A program made the translations under genes and the position numbers. Below, piece after piece: positions 9,015-15,701 of a stretch of 32,228 nucleotides of DNA; position 1 is the first letter of the stretch, and each line of letters opens with the position of its first letter. This stretch comes from an uncultured Saprospirales bacterium (GTDB lineage Bacteria > Bacteroidota > Bacteroidia > Chitinophagales > Saprospiraceae), in NCBI GenBank assembly GCA_964021975.1, contig CAXIDD010000001.1, positions 1 to 32,228 of the forward strand, read 5' to 3'. Below the pieces are notes generated by a model, which saw only the letters and a list, made by a program, of their open reading frames with translations, was not told the origin of the DNA and made no database searches.

Positions 9015-9098
9015 GTCGGCGATCTACAATGTCTTGTACAGGCGATGCACTGCGCGTCTCTGCACCAAATGAAACACAGACGATGCGGTGCATCGTCT
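9007..9098 (+). terminator. Cluster of GC-rich hairpins after the DUF5916 gene
   Basis: cattgtag/ctacaatg (9007-9031) overlaps the stop codon. agacgatgc-ggt-gcatcgtct (9078-9098) is a perfect 9-bp stem. No T-run follows, so the terminator role is uncertain. Confidence 0.35.
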
Positions 9099-9114
9099 CT
9101 ACATCAAAATAATT

Positions 9115-9546
9115 ATGGAAAATACAATTCTTAACACCCTTGAAAATGCAGGCATCAGTGGCACTGTTCTGCTACAAATATTGCTAACTCTTTTTGTTGC
9201 TATCTTATTTCTCCAATCTGGTATAGACAAAGTGATTAATTACAAAGGAGAACAGGCTTTTTATAAATCTCATTTCAAGAAGACCTTCCTGAAAAATACG
9301 GTCCCTTTACTCATGCCAACCATTACAATAGCAGAAATAGCAGCAGGTCTATTTTGTGGCTTAGGTGTATTGATGCTCTTGTTTACAGGTGATCCAAGCT
9401 TAGGATTTTTAGGGATGCTTTTAGCTGCTTTAAGCATCATTATGCTGTTTTTTGGCCAGAGAATAGCCAAAGACTTTGGAGGGGCGGCCAGTTTAGTGCC
9501 CTACTTTATCTTAACGATTATCGGTTTATACAGCTACCTAGTTTAA
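9115..9546 (+). CDS. DoxX-family integral membrane protein
   Basis: About 143 aa with four hydrophobic helices. ILFLQSGIDKVINY is DoxX-like. I prefer ATG 9115 over GTG 9088, which lies inside the hairpin. Confidence 0.65.
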   Translation: MENTILNTLENAGISGTVLLQILLTLFVAILFLQSGIDKVINYKGEQAFYKSHFKKTFLKNTVPLLMPTITIAEIAAGLFCGLGVLMLLFTGDPSLGFLGMLLAALSIIMLFFGQRIAKDFGGAASLVPYFILTIIGLYSYLV

Positions 9547-9547
9547 C

Positions 9548-10750
9548 ATGGATTACAAGGCTGATTTTCCCATTTTTCAGGTTCATCCAGACTTGGTTTA
9601 TTTAGATAATGCGGCTACTACCCACAAACCAAAAACAGTGGTAGATGCGATACAGCATTTCTACACTCAGGAAAATGCAACCATCAATCGTGGCTTATAT
9701 CCGCTAGGCGCACATGCAAGCCGGAAATATCAAGCTGTTCGAAAACAAGTAGCTGAGTTTTTAAATGCAGCTAGCGCACAGGAAATAGTTTTCACAAGCG
9801 GCACCACCGATAGCATTAACCTAGTCGCCCAATCTTTTGTGCTACCTAAACTAAACGCAGGAGATGAAGTCCTCGTGACGGCTATGGAACACCATGCCAA
9901 TCTAATACCTTGGCAACAAGCTTGTCAACAAAGTGGCGCAAAATTGAAGATCGCCCCCATTTTGGATGATGGGACATTAGATTTAGCCGCTTTTGAAGCA
10001 CTCCTTAGTCCAAATACTCGCTTCATCTCGGTAGTTCACATTTCTAATACCTTGGGAACGATTAATCCAATTGAGAAAGTTATCAAACTAGCCAAAAGCC
10101 AAAAACACCCTATTCCAATATTGATAGATGCCGCCCAAAGTGCGGCACATTATGACTTGAATGTACAACAGCTAGATTGTGATTTTTTAGTCTTCTCCGG
10201 CCATAAAGTCTATGGTCCGACGGGTGTTGGAGTGCTTTATGCAAAAACAGAACACCTAGAAACCATGCAGCCTATCCGTTTTGGCGGAGACATAATTGAG
10301 CGCGTCACTTATGAGCAAGCTGCATTCGCCAAAGCACCCCGTCGCTTTGAAGCCGGCACACCCAATGTTGCGGGCATAATTGGTCTTGGTGTTGCCTTGG
10401 ATTATATCAAAAGTCTAGACCAGAAAGTAGTGCATATGCATCTGAATAACTTAAAAGACCTCGCCACACAAGCGTTGCAAACCATTGATGATATCGTGTT
10501 GGTTGGTACGGCAAAAAATAAAAGTGCCATTTTATCTTTCAATTTACGAGACGTCCACCCACACGATGTTGCTAGTTTTTTAGGCGCTGAGAATATAGCG
10601 ATACGAGCTGGCCACCATTGCACACAACCGTTGATGGATGCCTGGGGCTTTCCGGGGACGGTACGCGCTTCGTTTGCTGTTTACAATACGGAAAAAGATA
10701 TTAACAAACTGGTGGAAACTTTGGTAGAGGTGCAGGCGTTTTTTAAATAA
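9548..10750 (+). CDS. sufS: Group II (SufS/CsdA-type) cysteine desulfurase, PLP-dependent
   Basis: VYLDNAATT N-terminus, PLP-lysine motif FSGHKVYGPTGVGVLY and catalytic-loop RAGHHCTQPLM. The start lies 2 nt after the doxX stop. No sufBCD/sufE genes are in the window. Confidence 0.9.
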   Translation: MDYKADFPIFQVHPDLVYLDNAATTHKPKTVVDAIQHFYTQENATINRGLYPLGAHASRKYQAVRKQVAEFLNAASAQEIVFTSGTTDSINLVAQSFVLPKLNAGDEVLVTAMEHHANLIPWQQACQQSGAKLKIAPILDDGTLDLAAFEALLSPNTRFISVVHISNTLGTINPIEKVIKLAKSQKHPIPILIDAAQSAAHYDLNVQQLDCDFLVFSGHKVYGPTGVGVLYAKTEHLETMQPIRFGGDIIERVTYEQAAFAKAPRRFEAGTPNVAGIIGLGVALDYIKSLDQKVVHMHLNNLKDLATQALQTIDDIVLVGTAKNKSAILSFNLRDVHPHDVASFLGAENIAIRAGHHCTQPLMDAWGFPGTVRASFAVYNTEKDINKLVETLVEVQAFFK

Positions 10751-10794
10751 AAAAATTAGCCTATTGAAAAAGTGGATTTTAAATGTTATTTTTA

Positions 10795-10814
10795 TACGTG
10801 AAAAAAATCACGTA
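10795..10814. promoter_or_regulatory. Perfect palindrome TACGTGA-N6-TCACGTA abutting the antitoxin start (operator candidate)
   Basis: 7-bp arms at 10795-10801 and 10808-10814 with an aaaaaa spacer. The last base is the A of the ATG at 10814. Confidence 0.45.
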
Positions 10815-11074
10815 TGAGTAATAAATTAACATTATCTATTGATCAAGTCGTCATAGCAGAAGCAAAAGAATATGCTAAATCAGAAGGTAAAAGTTTATCC
10901 AATATTGTAGAAGAATATCTCAAATCACTTTCTTCAAATGAACATTCAGATCAAAAAAAAATATCTTTAAAAATTGTTAAGGAGTTAAAAGGCTCCATTA
11001 AGATGCCCAAAGACTTTATTTCCTACCAAGAAACGCTTAAAGATGCACTCTTAGAAAAATATTTAGGCGAATGA
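10814..11074 (+). CDS. Small antitoxin-like protein (DUF6364-like) of a type II TA pair
   Basis: 86 aa. It starts MSNKLTLSIDQVVIAEAKEYAKSEGKSLSNIVEEYLKSL, which looks like a ribbon-helix-helix/DUF6364 N-terminus. It overlaps the PIN gene by 4 nt (ATGA). Confidence 0.7.
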   Translation: MSNKLTLSIDQVVIAEAKEYAKSEGKSLSNIVEEYLKSLSSNEHSDQKKISLKIVKELKGSIKMPKDFISYQETLKDALLEKYLGE

Positions 11075-11493
11075 ATAAAGTATTTTTAGATTCAGATGTT
11101 CTCCTAGATTTATTATTAGATAGAACGCCTTTTTCAGATGATATAGCGGCTATCATCGAAGTTTCAATTGATTCGGAAGTAAAACTTTGCACATCGCCAG
11201 TTAGTATTACCAATATTCACTACATAATTGGAAGTTTGGAAAATAAAAGCAAGGCTGATTTAAAAACAAAAAAGCTTTTACAGATAGTCGACATGGAAAA
11301 TATCGGTCAAACTGTTATTGATAGAGCAGTGTCTTCAAAGTTTAAAGATTTCGAAGATAGTGTACAAAATTATTGTGCTGAGGAATCAGGTCATAACATA
11401 ATAATAACTCGAAATACAAAAGATTATAAAGAAAGTACATTGTCAATTTTTACTCCAAAGGAATACCTTGCAAAAATTAGGAATAAAAAATAA
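11071..11493 (+). CDS. vapC: PIN-domain (VapC-like) toxin
   Basis: 140 aa. It has the VFLDSDVLLDLL N-terminal acidic motif, FEDSVQ, and a C-terminal ITRNTKDY, which together give typical PIN acidic-residue spacing. Confidence 0.8.
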   Translation: MNKVFLDSDVLLDLLLDRTPFSDDIAAIIEVSIDSEVKLCTSPVSITNIHYIIGSLENKSKADLKTKKLLQIVDMENIGQTVIDRAVSSKFKDFEDSVQNYCAEESGHNIIITRNTKDYKESTLSIFTPKEYLAKIRNKK

Positions 11494-11503
11494 CAACAGA
11501 TCA

Positions 11504-11746
11504 ATGAAATTAAATCTTCTAGCTTTTGGCATCGCTAAAGATATCGTTGCAGGAAAAAACACCACTTTAGAAATAAAAAATGGATCAACAGTTGGAGAAC
11601 TAAAGGAAAAACTATTCCAAGAGTTTCCGGCCTTTGAAAAACTACGCTCCTTATCCATCGCCGTAAATGCGGAGTATAGAGCGGATGATTTTACTTTGTC
11701 CTCAGATGACGAAATTGTTATCATCCCACCGGTTAGTGGCGGCTAA
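11504..11746 (+). CDS. moaD: MoaD/ThiS-family sulfur-carrier protein
   Basis: 80 aa from ATG 11504, ending in IIPPVSGG (C-terminal Gly-Gly). MKLNLLAFGIAKDIV...VAVNAEY resembles MoaD. The upstream ATG at 11468 would overlap the PIN gene. Confidence 0.8.
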   Translation: MKLNLLAFGIAKDIVAGKNTTLEIKNGSTVGELKEKLFQEFPAFEKLRSLSIAVNAEYRADDFTLSSDDEIVIIPPVSGG

Positions 11747-11748
11747 AA

Positions 11749-12765
11749 TTACAAATCCTTATTCTTGATCGCTACTATTTCCGCTAGAATACTCAGTGCG
11801 ATTTCTTGGGGTGTTTTAGCATTGATATCCACACCAACCGGACCATGAATACGGTCTACTTCCGCTTGACTAAAGCCTTTTTCCAACAAACGATTAATTC
11901 GCTTTGCTTGTGTCCGGCGACTACCCAAGGCACCTATATATGCGACTGGCTTTTTTAATAAAATCTCGAGGGCATTATCATCAATTTTTGGATCGTGTGA
12001 TAGGGTGACCACATATGTATCTTGATCTAATTCAAATTGGGGAAGCACCTCTGATGGATAGTCATTGAACAGCTGATCTGGGGCTCGTTCAAATTGTGTT
12101 TTATTAGCAAAAATGCCGCGGGGATCGATGACAATACATTCGAATCCAAAACCACTGGCCAATTGGATTAAATCAGCGGTCAAATGAGCTGCTCCAATCA
12201 AAAAGAGTTGACTTTTTTTGGGAATTACATGCAAAAAATATTTTTCTCTTTCCCATTCAGACAGATGGCTTTTCCGAGCTTGGTAAGCTTGCAATGCCTG
12301 CTCTTTGATCTCCTTTGGCAAATCACCAATTATAGAACCATCTATTAAAACCAATCCTTCTTGTTGGATTTCTGCACCAATTTTTGTGCACCAAATACTT
12401 CCCTGATTAGTCGTTACCGCCTGCTGAATACCTTGCCAAATAAGATTATCTTCTGATAGAAATGGACTTAACAAAACCTCTATTCGGCCACCACAACTCA
12501 GACCAACGGTCCAAGCATCATCATTGGAAACACCAAACGCTAATATTTGGGGCTGGCCATCCGTCAATACTTTTTGAGCTGCCTTAACCACTGCGCCTTC
12601 TACACAGCCACCACTAACCGAACCAGCCATCTCCTGATCTTCCGAAATTAGCATAATCGATCCAACGGGCCTAGGTGCCGCATTCCAAGTTTTTAGAACT
12701 CTGGCAATGGCAAATTTCTTATTGGCTGCTTGCCAGGCCTGGATAGTTGAAAGTAATGTCTTCAA
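11749..12765 (-). CDS. xdhC: XdhC/CoxI-family molybdoenzyme maturation protein
   Basis: N-terminal XdhC_CoxI pattern FAIARVLKTWNAAPRPVGSIMLISEDQEMAGSVSGGCVE and a C-terminal Rossmann-like half LFLIGAAHLTADL...YIGALGSRR. It has a TTG start. The stop lies 2 nt from the moaD stop (convergent). Confidence 0.85.
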   Translation of the reverse strand: MKTLLSTIQAWQAANKKFAIARVLKTWNAAPRPVGSIMLISEDQEMAGSVSGGCVEGAVVKAAQKVLTDGQPQILAFGVSNDDAWTVGLSCGGRIEVLLSPFLSEDNLIWQGIQQAVTTNQGSIWCTKIGAEIQQEGLVLIDGSIIGDLPKEIKEQALQAYQARKSHLSEWEREKYFLHVIPKKSQLFLIGAAHLTADLIQLASGFGFECIVIDPRGIFANKTQFERAPDQLFNDYPSEVLPQFELDQDTYVVTLSHDPKIDDNALEILLKKPVAYIGALGSRRTQAKRINRLLEKGFSQAEVDRIHGPVGVDINAKTPQEIALSILAEIVAIKNKDL

Positions 12766-12784
12766 AAGCTTATCTTTAATTAAA

Positions 12785-12949
12785 TTAAGAAATCGTTCAA
12801 TATTATCTACAGCTTATTTCAGGCCCTTTTAAGCTTCCACTTCGTTAAAAAGCCTCGTCATAGCTAGGCTATGTCTACGTTTTTTGCCTCGTTGAAACTT
12901 AAAATTGCACTGAACTATAACTTATACATAATATTGAACAATTTCTTAA
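12785..12949. repeat. 165-bp imperfect palindrome (MITE-like or composite operator)
   Basis: The outer arms ttaagaaatcgttcaatattat (12785-12806) and ataatattgaacaatttcttaa (12928-12949) match 21/22 as reverse complements. The similarity continues inward for about 57 nt with small indels. A perfect catagc-tag-gctatg hairpin (12859-12873) sits at the exact centre. Confidence 0.8.
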
Positions 12950-12984
12950 TGCCTATTTAGCACATACGTTAGCAATATTAATCT

Positions 12985-14067
12985 ATGCTAAAGATACTAC
13001 TTGGAACTGCGAAAGGTTTAGTTATTCTCGAAAAACATAAAAAATGGAAAATCGCAAAGGTTGACTTCTTAGGCTTCCCTATTTCTTTTGTCTACGTTGA
13101 TAACCGAACCAATACTTGGTGGGTTGCCCTTGCCCATCGGCATTGGGGACCTAAGTTACATCGTTCTACCGATCAAGGCTACACCTGGGAATCTGTCGAC
13201 CTACCTCAATACCCAGTAGATACTAAACTAAGTAATGGCCACCGTGCAACGCTCAAAAAAATGTGGTGTATGCAACAAGCCGGAAAGGACTACCCCAATG
13301 GACTTTGGCTTGGCACAGAACCAGGAGGTTTATTTTATTCGGCTGATAATGGCCAACATTTCGAGCTGGTCCGCAGCCTTTGGGACCATCCATCCAGGTC
13401 AGATGCTATGCAATGGTTTGGCGCTGGGAGGAATCATCCTTTTATTCATTCCATTGTGGTGGACCCTACCAATAATGACCATGTTTATATCGCCGTTAGT
13501 TGTGCTGGCATTTTTGAAACTCATGATCGGGGTATTTCCTGGCAACCTCGTAATCAAGGACTCATAGCGGCCTATTTACCCAACCCAAAGCCAGAAGTAG
13601 GACACGATCCCCATCTACTTTTACAATGTGCTTCAAATACTAAGGTGCTTTGGCAGCAAAATCATTGCGGTGTATTTCGTACCAGCAATGGCGGTAAACT
13701 TTGGGAAAACATTTCAGATACTGAAGGGATTGCCAACTACGGTTTTGCACTAGCGATCGACCCACAGAACGCTGCTAAAGCTTGGGTAATTCCTGCACTT
13801 AGCGATGAAAAACGGGTTGCCAAAGATTTAGCCCTAGTCGTTAGTCGTACCGAAGATGCGGGCCAAACTTGGCAAGCATTACGCAAAGGCCTACCTCAAC
13901 AAAACTGTTTCGATATTGTCTTCCGGCATGCTTTCCAGTACTACGAGGGGCAATTGGTTTTTGGTACAAATAATGGCAATTTATACTGGTCGGACAATGA
14001 AGGTACTAATTGGCAAAAAATTGCAACCAACTTAGCGCGTATTGATACGGTGCAAATAGTTTCTTAG
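12985..14067 (+). CDS. BNR/Asp-box repeat beta-propeller protein, no signal peptide
   Basis: Six Asp-box-like motifs: STDQGYTW, SADNGQHF, THDRGISW, TSNGGKLW, TEDAGQTW, SDNEGTNW. The N-terminus MLKILLGTAKGLVILEKHKKW is not signal-like. Confidence 0.8.
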   Translation: MLKILLGTAKGLVILEKHKKWKIAKVDFLGFPISFVYVDNRTNTWWVALAHRHWGPKLHRSTDQGYTWESVDLPQYPVDTKLSNGHRATLKKMWCMQQAGKDYPNGLWLGTEPGGLFYSADNGQHFELVRSLWDHPSRSDAMQWFGAGRNHPFIHSIVVDPTNNDHVYIAVSCAGIFETHDRGISWQPRNQGLIAAYLPNPKPEVGHDPHLLLQCASNTKVLWQQNHCGVFRTSNGGKLWENISDTEGIANYGFALAIDPQNAAKAWVIPALSDEKRVAKDLALVVSRTEDAGQTWQALRKGLPQQNCFDIVFRHAFQYYEGQLVFGTNNGNLYWSDNEGTNWQKIATNLARIDTVQIVS

Positions 14068-14132
14068 CAAAGCGTTAAATTTAATTAAGCCATTAAACCC
14101 TAAGTACATTCCTTAGTCTAAGCATCGTTCAC

Positions 14133-14149
14133 TAAGAAGCTATTTGAAT
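14133..14149 (+). repeat. Copy A of the recurrent intergenic motif TAAGAAGCTATTTGAAT
   Basis: A 17-mer identical to 19387-19403. It ends 10 nt before the DUF1800 ATG and overlaps the palindrome ttgaat-caaaa-attcaa. Confidence 0.7.
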
Positions 14150-14159
14150 CAAAAATTCA

Positions 14160-15569
14160 ATGTTTAATTACCGCTATAAATCAACTATTTCTCCTATGCA
14201 TGATATGAATCACCTTTATTGGCGCGCTGGGTTTGGACTCAGTCCAGAAACGTGGCAACAACGTAAAGACTGGTCTAGAAAAAAGGCCGTAGACCAGCTA
14301 TTTAAACAAGCTAAAAAAGCCAACCCCCTACCAATCCCAGTGGTGCCTGATTTACGTCAAATGGGTAAATTGACCAAAGAAGAACGTGATGAAATTCGAA
14401 AACAAGATAGAGCCGCTGTGATTAATATTAATAGCAGTTGGGTACTTAGAATGGCAGATCCCAAAGAAGCAGCTTTATTGGAACGAATGACTCTTTTTTG
14501 GCATGGACATTTTGCCTGTCGCTCTCGCTCCGGAAAATTAGCAGCCCAACAATTGAATACCCTGCGGAAACATGCGCTAGGTGATTTTCGATCTTTGCTA
14601 TTAGGAATCGCTCAAGATCCTTCCATGATTCGTTATTTGAACAATCAGCAAAATAAAAAAAAGAGTCCCAATGAAAACTTCGCTAGAGAAGTAATGGAGC
14701 TTTTTACGATGGGTCGAGGTCATTATACGGAGCAGGACATCAAAGAAGCAGCCCGCGCCTTTACTGGCTGGTCTTCCACGTCTACAGGTGATTTTATTTT
14801 TCGGGAAAGAGTACATGACACTGGCACAAAAACCTTTCTAGGAAAAACTGGCCGTTTCGGTGGAGAAGATATTATTGATCTACTTTTAGAGCAGCGAGCA
14901 ACTGCTGATTTTATAACCCGAAAAATCTACCGTTACTTCGTTAATCCAAAAATTGACGAGCAGGAAGTGAGCTACTTAAGTCAACAGTTTTACGACTCGA
15001 ATTATGATATCGAGAAACTAATGCACTTAATTTTCTCAAGTGAATCGTTTTATGCTGCCAGAAATAAAGGTAGTAAAATCAAATCTCCGGTTGAATTTTT
15101 AGCGGGTATGATTAAAACCTTAGGCTTGACTTTAGAAGATGAACGCTCCGTTTTATTCTTACAACGCGCCTTAGGACAAGTATTATTTGATCCACCAAAT
15201 GTAGCTGGCTGGCCTGGAGATAAAAACTGGATTGATAATGCCACCCTCATGCTTCGACTTAATATAGCTCAAAGTATCGTGGGTGCCACCGCTTTTAACT
15301 TTAGAGAAAAAGCTGGTTTGGAAGATCGTAAACGTGCCATGAGTCGAAAGAAAATCGAGGCAAAATCTAATATTCAACCTTTGATTCAACTGGCAGAAGG
15401 CCGTTCAAACTCCGAGGATATCGAAGATTTAGCAGCCTATCTTTTATTGGCAGAAACCAAAATTAAACCGGAACTCATTGAACAGTATAGCCCAGTTCAA
15501 AATCGAGAAGCCGCACTGACCTTGTATAGCCTGCGTTTGATGAGCTTACCGGAGTATCAGATGTGCTGA
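14160..15569 (+). CDS. DUF1800 domain protein
   Basis: HLYWRAGFGLSPE near the N-terminus, TLFWHGHFA, NENFAREVMELFTMGRGHYTEQDIKEAARAFTGW and PPNVAGWPG are hallmark DUF1800 blocks. The exact start is uncertain (several ATGs in the first 16 codons). Confidence 0.85.
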   Translation: MFNYRYKSTISPMHDMNHLYWRAGFGLSPETWQQRKDWSRKKAVDQLFKQAKKANPLPIPVVPDLRQMGKLTKEERDEIRKQDRAAVININSSWVLRMADPKEAALLERMTLFWHGHFACRSRSGKLAAQQLNTLRKHALGDFRSLLLGIAQDPSMIRYLNNQQNKKKSPNENFAREVMELFTMGRGHYTEQDIKEAARAFTGWSSTSTGDFIFRERVHDTGTKTFLGKTGRFGGEDIIDLLLEQRATADFITRKIYRYFVNPKIDEQEVSYLSQQFYDSNYDIEKLMHLIFSSESFYAARNKGSKIKSPVEFLAGMIKTLGLTLEDERSVLFLQRALGQVLFDPPNVAGWPGDKNWIDNATLMLRLNIAQSIVGATAFNFREKAGLEDRKRAMSRKKIEAKSNIQPLIQLAEGRSNSEDIEDLAAYLLLAETKIKPELIEQYSPVQNREAALTLYSLRLMSLPEYQMC

Positions 15570-15701
15570 TTGTTTTTTTAATCTGGACAAAAAGCATCTT
15601 TATACAAACACACAATGAATACTAAAGAGGCTTTTATTCAGAAGAACCATATGAGGCATATAAGCTCATTGAATTATTTTGCTATTTAAAATGTAAATCA
15701 A

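Noticed and set aside
13235-13567. 110-aa ORF in an alternative frame of the propeller gene
   Set aside because: It is on the same strand but out of frame with a gene carrying six Asp boxes. The hydrophobic translation is probably a frame artefact.
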